Below are positions 14,341 through 26,319 of a DNA stretch of 64,000 nt, in pieces. Each line of letters begins with the position of its first letter. The stretch's first letter is position 1. The stretch spans positions 49,910,001 through 49,974,000 of the forward strand of contig NC_042999.1 of NCBI RefSeq assembly GCF_006345805.1. The letters are read 5' to 3'. The notes under the pieces were generated by a model. The model was not told where the DNA came from. It made no database searches and was given only the letters and a program-made list of their open reading frames with translations. A program made the position numbers and the translations under genes. This stretch comes from Octopus sinensis (taxonomy: Eukaryota).

Positions 14341-15639
14341 ATATACCACACAGTGGTCCCAAACCTACAATCATGATATTGCAGAGCTAATATCTTAACT
14401 AAAGAAAAGACAGCAAGCTGGCAGAACTGTTAGTACACTGGGTGAAATGCTTAGCAGTAGTTCATCCAGTTTTTACATTCTGAGTTCAAATTCTGCTGGG
14501 GTTGACTTTGCCTTTCATCTATTCTGAAGTTGATAAAATGAGTACCAGCTGTACACTGGGGGCCAATTTAATCAAATTAGCACCTCCTCAAGCCTGCTCA
14601 CTTTGTGCCAAAATTTGAAACCAATATCTATTTGTTTATTGCCCACAAGGGACTAAACATAGAGGGGGCAAAAAAGACAGACAAAGTGATTAAGTCGATT
14701 ACATTGACCCCAGTGCATAACTGGTACTTTATTTATCGACCCCGAAAGGATGAAAGGCAAAGTTGACCTCAGTGGAATTTGAACTTAGAACATAACGGCA
14801 GACGAAATACGGCTACGCATTTTGCCTGGTGTGCTAACGTTTCTGCCAGTTCGCCGCCTTAATTCAAAACCAATATCTTAACCACGCAAACATAGCTGTA
14901 CCCAGATTCATTGCATTTGGTTTCCTCAGAGAAATAGTTGCAGGATATCTGATTGTGATAGATCTACTTTTCATTATTATCTCTTGTGTGTAAATAGAAT
15001 CAGGTAAAGGCAATATATTTCATATTCGTTCATTTATTTAAACGGCACATTTCTTGATTATGAATAACTTTATCACTACAGATATATTTTTTTAAAGTTT
15101 TAGACATTAAACAATATTTTTTTGACAGAGTTGAAAGAAACTGTGGTTTTCTGAGATATTATGATATCTCTGTCGTTGAAAGATTATCTCTAAATATAAG
15201 TCTTTGATATATTTAGTAAAATGTCTTTTCTTTTCATTCCATGATAATTTATATGGAATTTCAGAGATCATATGATCCATTAGGGACTGGGCATTTTTAT
15301 GATACTGTGTGAGAAGGAAGGTGTTATATATTTAAGTCAGACTATTGATTTAGGGTCTAGAGGATTAAGAATAACAAAAGATGTGTTATCAGAGCTTGAA
15401 AGATGTGGTGCTGTGAATGATGTTGCTGTTGTTGTTGATGATGATGATGGTTTGGGACTGGATGGCTTTGGAGCATTCTCAAACATCTATTTTCATATCT
15501 TGCTTTATTTCACATGATACAAATGGGAGATAATGGATTGTAGAAATTTGTCTGTCACTTTCTGTATATAAATCATTACTTAATACTCACACATACGCAT
15601 GCATACACCCCTACTTCACACACACACACACACACACAC

Positions 15640-15676
<37 letters not shown>

Positions 15677-16315
15677 GTAGATGTAAAATACTGATGATGA
15701 TAACATTCATTTCTTTTTGCTTGAATTCATGTGTGTGCATATGGGTGTGTGTGTGTGTGTGTTTGCGTGTGTGATAAACACACACACATTCAATACATTG
15801 TATGGAATTTATATTTATTGACATTCGGTGACCCAAAAGAATATGGGGCACATAGCTGCAAACATCTGAATGCTTAGACATGTGTTTTATGTGTGTATGA
15901 AACTTTGAACTATAGGTAGACAACTGTACACACGCTCACATACATACATGCATATAAATATAATCTTAAAAATATTGGTATGTATGTATGTATGTAGGTA
16001 TTTATGTATATGTGTGTGCATACCTATCTATTTGCATGTATGTATGTATGTATAAAGTTTCCAATAGACAGTTTCCAATACATTCTCAACTCTGTATCTT
16101 ATCAGATAGAAAATTTATAAAACATTTGACTAAATAAATACAATCATATGAATTAGAAAAAAGAAAAGCAGCTTGTCATATCAGAGAACAGACCTTTTAT
16201 ATCGGTAATATTGTGAATTGTATATCAGGTTAGAATCATTTTTTTTTTTTCTGATTTAGGAAAAGAATCAGTTTGAAAAGTGATGATAGAAAGAATTGTA
16301 TGGGAGGAAAAATTA

Positions 16316-16504
<189 letters not shown>

Positions 16505-17775
16505 CTAGAATAATATAGAAAGGGAGGAAAAATAAAAATTATGAACATCAAAGAAATAATAGTTTGTTATATTTTGAGTAAATTTATTAATTTATTCACA
16601 AAAAAATATTTATAACAATTGAACAATTGAACTTTTTTAACTTTTCTATGAATTGCCTTATTGACTAATTCTTACTGATGCTGACCATCAATTTTTGCTG
16701 TTCATATTTTATAACTATAACAACTTTTGGTTTATGACTAAGAATATCATCAAAAAATGTGGAACATATGAACGTGGCATGATTTTCACAGGTTGCATAG
16801 CAGGCTATCCACCTAGGAGGAGAGTAACTATGAAAAAGAACTGCTTGGGTAGAAGGAGACATTTTAGTCTTTCCCTATGGCACAGCCCCTCTGGTGCTAG
16901 TGGCACAATTAAAATGTACCTGATTGACACTATAAGACAATAAAGTTGGTTGGATATGTTTTATGTTGTTTGATCAGATGCTAGCAAATTATAGTCCACT
17001 AGCCAAATCCAGCTCAGGGCCATATTTCATTTGTCCCTCTGACTTTATTGAATATGTAATGTTCTACACAAAAATTCTTCACTTATGAACAATGATATTC
17101 AGTATCAAAAAAGTAAGTGACTTTTGCAACGACCTCAAATGAATGTTTTATATCAATGCAGAAAAAAGGGAAATAAAAAAAAAATAAGATGCTTTCTAAA
17201 GGCTTCTCCAGAAATGATATTTCAAACTGTAAATGTTCTCCAAAATGAATTAATCAACAAATACAAACAATATCTCATACATTGCTATAATATAGTGTAA
17301 ATGAATAATGAATTCTGAGGACAGAAGGAATGCAAAAATATATACTTATTTACTGAGTAAAGCAGGTAAACTGTCTGGTGACAAAATCTTTACTAAAAAC
17401 GTCATTACTCCATTCAGTCTAATAAAAAACGCTCTAAGAGTATGTCATGCCATACATAGTACATACTGACTTTTATGTTATTGAATGTATAGCGGTTACT
17501 TCATTAATACAGGTGACATTTAAAAAGGCATTTTCAATCAGTTTACCTTATATGATTATTGTTTTGTCTTTTATTCCTTTTGGACCACAAGATAAAAAAA
17601 CATTTCCAGTCTAGCCCACCTCCCCAAACATTTACCAACCCCTGCTGATGACACCAACTGCAATGAGATGCTGTCCAACCTATGCTAGCATGGAAAAAAT
17701 AAGCATAAAATGATAAAGATGATGAAACTTCATCTATGAAAGTCTTTGGTGGTAAAAAAATATAATGGCTATTAA

Positions 17776-17995
17776 CCCTTTCATTACCAACCCGGCTGAA
17801 ACCAGCTCTGGCTCTGAATACAAATGTCTTGTTTTCATAAGTTTTGAAATAAAATCTTCCACCAAACCTTAGTCACAATTTATGTTCCTAACACTAACTG
17901 AATGATAACTAAGTTATTTTACTAAATTCTTTGTTATGTTTAAAGTAATTGAAAGAAACACAGAGCATCTCAAAATAAATACAGCAACGAAAGGG
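17776..17995. mobile_element. piggyBac-like MITE
   Basis: TTAA|ccctttcatt ... aacgaaaggg|TTAA: terminal inverted repeats starting CCC with a TTAA target duplication and no coding capacity. Confidence 0.8.
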
Positions 17996-18789
17996 TTAAA
18001 AAAGAAGTCAGTCGAGATAAAATAAATTCTTTCTTTGGGTATATCTAAAATCAAGGAAACCGATGATGGTTTGTATCAGCAATGATTATATCACTGGAGA
18101 GTTTCTTGAAGAGTTAAATAAGTTCAATTTTAGAACCCTTAGCTTTCAGCAGAGAGCAAGGGCAGATGAAGATCAAGTGCCTAATTAAACATTTCCCAGA
18201 ATTTTCCATCAGTTTTCATTCATTTCTTTCACAATTGTAAAGCTTTCATATTTTCTGTTACACTTATGTCATAGAAGTATTTCTTCTGTGAAGAAATATT
18301 GACTAGTGACAAATAACTTCAGAGTAATAGCTAGACAGATTCAAAGACACAAGATAAAATGAAGCTGAAGGTCTCCTTTGTATGATATAGATTTGGAGAG
18401 ATTCTAGGTGACACATACGTCATGACTGAGAGAAGGTATAAAACTATAACAGAGAAGAGAACTGGACATTTCTTCAAGACAACTTGCTGCAAGCCATAGA
18501 CCAGCCATTTGGCTGAATTAAGGTATCAATCAAATGAAAAGTTACATGGTGGTAGAATGTTACTGTAGATAGAACCATAAAAGCCAGGGACAAACTTGGA
18601 AAGATTGGAAGAAAGGAGCAACCAAGATGCAATATCAGTTAGTTAAAAGAGATGCTACAAGGCATGGAGAAAGGCTGAAACTAAGACATTTGTTAAACAA
18701 CTGTAACACAAGGATCAGAAATGTGAAGTGTTCCAGATAGCATATCAATATGTCAATGTAAATCAATACATTTTTGGAGAAAAGTGACA

Positions 18790-19900
18790 TCCTAGCATCT
18801 ATCAATGTCATGAGAAGACAACTTGGAAATGTAACTATATGTAGTTGCTGAAAGTGGAAAATACATGGAAGAGGGGTTATTCTAACTGAACCCCAAAAAA
18901 GAGTCAGCTAATGAAGTTGACAATTTATCATCATCATCATCATCGTTTAACATCCGCTTTCCATGCTAGCATGGGTTAGACGGTTCAACTGGGATCTGGC
19001 AAGCCAGGAGGCTACACCAGGCCCAATCTGATCTGGAAGTGTTTCTACAGCTGGATGCCCTTCCTAACGCCAACCACTCCATGAGTGTAGTGGGTGCTTT
19101 TTATGTGCCACCAGCACAGGGGCCAGGCAAGGCTGGCAATGGCTGCAATCGGTTGGTGCTTTTTATGTTTCACCGGCACAGACGTGCCACCAAAACATGT
19201 AATTAAGGATATGTAAGCAGGGAAAGTATCTGGACAATCAGGAATAGTTGCCAAAATGGTGAAAATATTCAGCAAAGAAGTCAATTAGGGAGTACAAAGA
19301 ATGGTAATAGTATCATTATCCGCTACTAGATGACAAAGGAGATGCTTAAGAATAAAGCGACTACCAAGTTAAGAAAATATGATTAGTAAGACAATTGGCT
19401 TACATGAGTTGCAGCTCAGTTTTGTGCCAGGACATGGTATCACTGAAGCCCTCAAATTAGACAGACAACTATGAGAGAAGTTCTTAGCTAAAAGTAAGAC
19501 ACAATACCTAGCAGTAGCAAGAATTCCATTTTGAATACCCACTGTAATCTACCAAAGTGAAGGCTTACAGGCATAGAAGGATGAGAGTAGTTAACTGTGA
19601 GAGTATTTGTGAAATAAGCAATTTCAAATGCTTTAAAGGTACAGTAGAAGTTGTTAGCTTTTCTAAAGTAGATGATTTATATAGAAATGGAGATGAGTGA
19701 AAAAGAATGGGTTAGAAAAGATTTAGAGAGTTATTATGTCTGCTAGGGACAAAGTCATTCCTCAGTCAAGTGAAGGGTAGATTGCATGATGCTTGTATAT
19801 AAAATGTGATGAAGCATGGTAGCCAAATATGATTACTGAATGTGGAGTTTGTGCAAAAGTCAGAAAAGAAGTTTTATATCCTTGTACTTAACGAAGTACA
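18790..19900 (+). mobile_element. Decayed RTE-clade RT fragment, interrupted by a family C repeat at about 18929-19190
   Basis: Near 19400: ELQLSFVPGHGITEALKLDRQL*EKFLAKSKTQYLA, resembling the RTE motif QFGFMPGRGTTDAIF..RQLQEKYLAK.K.LYLAF. Confidence 0.65.
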
Positions 19901-20343
19901 TATGTAATTAACGAAGCAGCAAGGAAGAAAGTATATACAAGATACACTACTATTACATGAGACTCAATGCTCTATATCAAAAGCAACAGTGACCTGCTGC
20001 CAACCTGAATTGCCAGTCGCTCATAGTTCTTTAATTTATAACAATGAGTCAGTTCACCGTTAGTCACTTGCAGGGTGGTTGCAATCTTTCCACGACTAAG
20101 TGATGAGCTTTTGTCCGAGAAACAAAGAGTTGCCAACTGTTTTTTTTTTCTCTTTGAAAGAACTCTGTTTCATGTTTGTCAAGAGTAAAACAAAATGAAA
20201 AGGATAGTGTTCTTAGAAGTTTTGTAGATGTCTAAGTGATTAGGAACATGTAATGATAGGATATGAGAGGACTAAAGCTCACTGAAGTCAAAACGGCAAA
20301 ATTCTGCCTCTTGCATAACCAGGCAATTTTCCCCATCAAATAG

Positions 20344-20575
20344 CTATTTCTTTATTGCCCACAAGGGGCTAAACACAGAGGGGACAAACAAGGACAGACA
20401 AACGGATTAAGTCGATTACATTGACCCCAGTGCGTAACTGGTACTTATTTAATCGATTCCGAAAAGATGAAAGGCAAAGTGGACCTCGGCGGAATTTGAA
20501 CTCAGAATGTAGTGGCAGACGAAATACCGCTGAGCATTTTGCCCGGCGTGCTAACGATTCTGCCAGCTCGCCGCC
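20344..20575 (-). mobile_element. Family A SINE with an 11-bp target-site duplication
   Basis: tatttgatggg (minus strand) flanks both ends, which supports insertion by target-primed reverse transcription. Confidence 0.85.
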
Positions 20576-21990
20576 CATCAAATAACATTATTGTCTCACT
20601 CCTTACATGATCTACATGCAACCTGTAATAGAGCTGCTTCTTGTGATGATGATGAATTGCATCAGGCTCAGTGACAGGTGCACCACATATCCAATCAACT
20701 TTATTTAATCAGTATGTTATTCAATCCGTTTTGTGGTGTTATTGTTTTAATTGTGTAACCCCCATTTCAAAGAATCCTGATAAACTAGATATATAGATTG
20801 TAGACAGGTCTGAATTAAGCCCAACTGATGCTCTAAGCACAGCTTAACAATGGTGCTTCTTAGAATCATTGTTCCTCATAGGAATACTCTGTCCATTGGA
20901 GTTTGGAGCCCCATCTATACTTAAAGAACAAGATTCTTTTAGGATTCTCAAATAAAGAGTAAGAGACTAAAATATTAGCTTCCTCACTTCTCATGGCAAT
21001 TGAATTTATTGAGCTCTTTCATAATAGTCTGTTGTTCAGTGTGGAGTAAAGGAATTACATTTTAGATTAAAATCTACTAAAGAATGATTCCTAAACAAAA
21101 CGGTCAGTTTGTTAACAAGCCTGCAAGTTGTGGGGGATCCTAATTTACATGGTGGTGTTGGTGGTAGAGACAAGGATGTTGATGCTGCTATGGAAGGATA
21201 GAAGAAAAAGAGTATTAACATGCAATTTTTGCTACAATTCACCTATTTAGAATAAATCTTTTTAAGTTTTGGAGAAAATAATCAATGGAAGTCTACTTTA
21301 TTCTGTCTGGTTTTACAACTGTTTATTAGCCAGTGGCATTGTGACATTTACTGAGATATCATGAAATACTTAAACCTGACAATTATACAAAAAACCACTG
21401 ATTTAATACAGAAATTCTGGGCTGTACACAAAGAAGCAACTAAATTTGTCTGGCAAGGATGTGGTTTAGAAGGTCAGAACAGATTTAATTGAATTTTCTG
21501 AAAGAAACAAATCAGACTGTTATTCAGTTTAAATTGAGTAGACTCATAGTAAGAACTGTAATTAGAAACACTGCTCACAGCATTTGTAGCCATCACTTCT
21601 CTTATTTCAAGTATCAAAAATAATTTGAATAAATTAGATATTTCATGCGATAAAAACTAGACATTTTTCAAAGTTCTAATACATAAATAATGCTTTGATA
21701 AATTTTTAAATGTCTATTGCGATAATGTCTGTTCATATGCGTTTATTTCATAGCAATTTCATATTCTAATACTACGGTATTTTCATTAAAAAAATCTGAT
21801 ATTCTAGACATTATCAAAAGCCTGAAGAATAAAATATTAACAGCATAATCAAATTATCAAAATGATTTTATATTTACAAAGTGATTCTTTCATGACTTTT
21901 TACTATGTACATTGAAGTGTATGGTTTGCTGATGAAGCTGTAATAATACTGAAACATAAGCCATTACCTCCTAAAGTTGCCAAAGAAGTA

Positions 21991-22725
21991 CGAGGGTGGG
22001 CTGAAAAGTTCATAGGATGACTGTGAAGGAGTGATACTAGCGTGATGCTAGAGATGTGAAATCTTGCATGCATTAATTTCAGCTCATCTTATTAATAACT
22101 GCATTAGTTTCTTCTGGACAAACTGACATCTGATTGTTCTAAGAAGTCTTCAAATGTAACTGGTAGCAACTCCTTTTGAAAATGGACAAAATTTGGCATC
22201 ATCATGTTATCAAGTACCTGCAGAAAAAGGGTTTAGCCCCCAAAGGACATTCATGCTGACATGGTTGCTACATTAGGAGATGATGCTTCAGCTTTATCTA
22301 CAGTGCAAAAGTAGGCAGCTGAATCTATGTAAGGAACAGAGGGCCTTGAAGATGACCCAACATCTGGACGTCCTGCCACTGACACCACCAAGGGAAACAT
22401 TGATTGTGTTCACTATATGGTGATGAATGACAGACCATTGACTATATCAAACAGCTAATGCTATTAGCATATCCCATGAGAGAGTTGAGAATATTCTGCT
22501 CAATGAACTTGGCATGTTCGAGGGGTGCCATGTCTCCTGATCAAAAGCACACTAGGTTGATCACATCATGGAAAATCTGACATTGTTTGAGATAGATCCA
22601 GGTGGTTTCTTTGAATGCTTCCTCACCAAAGATGAACAGGAGACAAAGAGATAATCCTTGTAATGGAAACACCCCTCCTCATCTGTTCCAAAGAGGGCCA
22701 TAGTCATTTCCTATATAAGAACATT
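21991..22725 (+). mobile_element. Mariner DNA transposon, 5' part (decayed)
   Basis: TA|cgagggtgggctgaaaagttcatagg TIR. Translation MDKIWHHHVIKYLQKKGLAP...EDDPTSGRP matches the mariner HTH region. Confidence 0.85.
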
Positions 22726-24019
22726 TCTCTAAGCAACATTTGATTTTTGTTTCTTTCCCCCTTTTAATGCAGTTTTGCAAGAGAAAGGTGCAACATGCAA
22801 AATCCCAAGTAGCAACACAGTAAGAACCAGATGTGTATAATAACTTATTTTAACAAGAAGTATTGAATACGTTACTTTCATTTATGACACAAAACGCACA
22901 CATGCATAAACACACATATTCATTGTTACTATTATGTTAAACTGTCGTATGTACAAAATTGGGCAAATGTGCTTTTTGTTTTTCCATATTAATTTTTGCT
23001 GGCAATAGCCAGTTCTTTTAGTAAAACTATCGTATCTCCAGCTGCATCAGATGCCAAGATATTAAGAATTGTCAAATTGTAGTACAATGGTTTTGCTACG
23101 GAATGGTGAAAATATTTTTTTGTTTTCTGGAAAAGCAACGTTTTGGATTTATGACACTTTTGCATAATAGCAACAAAATATTTCCTTAGTTCATCCTCAC
23201 CACCATCACCATTTTAACATCCAATTTTCTGTTACAGCAGACTTTCTCTATGTCTAGATGTTCCCCTTGTCACTGACCCTAACTTGTTTCCAAGCAAGGT
23301 AATATATTTTCTGAATTATTTTGAAAACTGAACAGCCGAGTGACTAGACATGTTTTGTAGAAGATTGTAAATAAATTACTCCTCAAATGGATTCATCATC
23401 ATCATCATTATCTTTTAACGTCCGCTTTCCATGATAGCATGGGTTGGACGATTTTGACTGAGGGCTGGCGAACCAGATGGCTGCAACAGGCTCCAATCTT
23501 GATCTGGCAGAGTTTCTACAGCTGGATGCCCTTCCTAATGCCAACCACTCCGAGAGTGTTGTGGGTGCTCTTACGTGCCACCAGCATGGGGGCCAGTATT
23601 GGCAATGACCTCACTCAAACCCTTTTACCGATGCCACTAGCACAGGTGCCAGTAAGGCGACACTGGCAATGATCACACTCGAATGGTGCCTTCTACGTGC
23701 CACTGGCATGGAAGCCAGTTAGCCGCTCTGGAAACGACCACGCTTGGATGGTGCTCTTAGCAACCTACTGCAGTCTGTGCATAAATATCAGAACAAGGAG
23801 AAGTTGCGACTCACACTCACACTCAAATGCATATATACACCTGAGTATGTGCATGAGCATGATGGACTACTTAGTTTGCATTTACCAATTCCTTCAATCT
23901 ATAAGTCAGCGTGCACTACTTGTGGAGGCACCAGCTGTCAATGTCATGTCTTAGGAACAAAGCCTAAACTCCTTTGTTCCAAAGTGAACTTGCTTATCAC
24001 ATTGCAATACCCATCTATG

Positions 24020-24318
24020 TGGAGGCACATGGCCTAGTGGTTAGAGCAGCAGATTTGCAGTCGAGGAATCATGGGTTCGAATCTCAGACCGGGCGATATG
24101 TGTGTTTTTCAGTGAAACACCTAAGCTCCATGCAGCTCTGGCAGAAGGTAATGGCGAACTTCTGCTGACTCTTTCGCCACAACTTTCTCTCACTCTTTCC
24201 TCCTGCATCTTGCAGCTCACCTGCGATGGACCGGCGTCCCGTCCAGGTGGAGAACCTATATGCCAAGGAAACTGGGAAACTGTCCCTAATGAGCCAGGCA
24301 TGGCTCAATAAGGAACAA
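24020..24318 (+). mobile_element. tRNA-derived SINE, family D
   Basis: ggcctagtggttagagcagc...ggttcgaatc A/B boxes. Related minus-strand copies at about 41020-41290 and 51800-52100. Confidence 0.8.
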
Positions 24319-24385
24319 ACAACAACAATATCCATCTATCTATCTATATCTCTCTGTCTATCTATCTATCTATCTATCTATCTTA

Positions 24386-24438
<53 letters not shown>

Positions 24439-24444
<6 letters not shown>

Positions 24445-24566
24445 TATATAGAAGGAGCTTCTACAGGACTAGAACTGTTTCATTCAAGAGAAATCATCAG
24501 CTTCCTGATGATTTCTCTTGAATGAAACAGTTCTAGTCCTGTAGAAGCTCCTTCTATATAATAAAT
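24439..24566. repeat. Perfect inverted repeat, 62-bp arms, 4-nt loop, inside TA-rich microsatellite flanks
   Basis: 24439-24500 is the exact reverse complement of 24505-24566, checked base by base. Confidence 0.97.
24499..24549 (+). ncRNA. Minimal type-I hammerhead ribozyme motif (Penelope-associated type)
   Basis: Stem I agcttc/gaagct; core CTGATGA (24505-11); short stem II ttc-tctt-gaa; GAAA (24524-27); stem III acag/ctgt with a ctag-containing loop; GTA cleavage triplet (24541-43). Stem II closes with a non-canonical U-U. Activity is untested. Confidence 0.7.
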
Positions 24567-24646
24567 TAATTTTACTCTGCTATGTATTGAGTACCTTATT
24601 TACTGTGGTTAACCCCGAATCAACCCGGGACCTACATATATATATA

Positions 24647-24678
<32 letters not shown>

Positions 24679-26268
24679 TGTATGTATATATTTATGTGTG
24701 TATCTACATATAGTGGAGTTTAGTGTTCTAGGAAATTTCCCAGTAATGTCGTGATATTTATTTTACTGATACAAAGTTATAGTGAGCTTATTCATATGTT
24801 CAAAAATTAAATTGAATATGTCTGTGACTAGCAGAATTATAGTATTGTCTAGGAAAATTTATCTATGATTAGTATATTTACAAGCAATCAAATCATAATA
24901 CATTTAGCACAATGGAGTAAATTATCGGAAGTTTTGTAACTACTGTATCCTTCTATAATTAGCTCTATTGACCTTTAGAAAAAATATAATATAGCTGCTT
25001 CATTCACATTTTCCCAGCAAAACATTATGCAATCTTAATACAGCAACTCAGTTTAAATAAAGAGTCAAAATATAATTTAAAATACAGTAAATACAAGTAG
25101 AGTCTTCAGATATATAGAGGCAAGCATAGATAGCCATGTGGTCAACTTTGCCTTGCAGTAATATGGTTGAATTTGAACACAATACATGACATAGTGGGAT
25201 TGAAATTGAAATCAAATTCGATGACTGGCATCCGTGTTAGTGCAGCGCTAAGAGTACCATATGAGTATGATTGTTGCAAGAGCAACAAGCTGGGCTCCAT
25301 GCCAGTGGCACGTAAAAAACACCATCCGAGTGTGATCATTACCTGCATCGCCTTACTGGCACTTGTGCTGGTGGCATGTGAAAAACATTCGAGCGAGGTC
25401 ATTGCCAGTGCCGCTGGACTGGTTCCTGTGCAGGTGGTACATAAAAGGCACCATTTGAGCGTGGCCGTTACCAGTACCACCTGACTGGCCCTCATGCCGG
25501 TGGCACGTAAAAGCACACACAACACTCTTGGAGTGGTTGGTGCTAGAAAAGGCATCCAGCTGTAGAAGCTCTGCCAGATCAGATTGGAGTCTGGTGCAGC
25601 CATCTGGTTCGCCAGACCTCAGTCAAATCGTTCAACCCATGCTAGCATGGAAAACTGATATTTAACGATGATGATGATGATTGAGCAAAGCTTCTTCATT
25701 GAAATTTAGTACATCAAATCTGTGCAGATCTTTTTATGCACACTCTTATGTACACTTCATCATTACCATTGACTTTATTGTCAGCAGCAGCAACAGCATG
25801 TGTTCAGTTGGTGGATGTACTTCTTATCATCAACCATTTAGCTGAGTGCTTTAGAGACATTTAATAAAAGCACCATTGATATAGTGATTGCATGTTTTCA
25901 GTGAGACTTAAGAGTCTCTCTACTCTATTCTGAATCAGTGCATTCATCTCTCTGAAAGTCATCTGGTCATTGGCAGATAGAAGAGAGAGATGAATGAGAA
26001 ACACACTGAGAGAGTGACAGGAGAACAATTAATGGAAGAGAACTGGAGTGATAGGATGGAAAAGGTGATAGAAAAGAGTGTAAAAGGAGGGAGAGAGAGA
26101 AAGGGGACTGATAGCTACCCAACATTTACTGATAAGAAGTTTGGATGAAAACAGCATGAGAGGCATCATTGGACAAGGGAGAGTGATATGAAAGTAACAA
26201 GTTTATAGAAAGGTGATTACATAAGAGTGTGTGTATGCATTATGTATGTTATGTATACATATGTGTGC

Positions 26269-26317
<49 letters not shown>

Positions 26318-26319
26318 AA

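Noticed and set aside
21036-21242. Minus-strand ORF with an acceptor-like ccatag (AASTSLSLPPTPPCKLGS...)
   Set aside because: The flanking exons already join in frame exactly as in FRMPD4 homologues. There is no clear donor and no homology.
24020-24100. tRNA-like sequences at SINE heads (also 13932 and 27095)
   Set aside because: A/B boxes are present but there is no complete cloverleaf, and they continue into SINE bodies. They are not tRNA genes.
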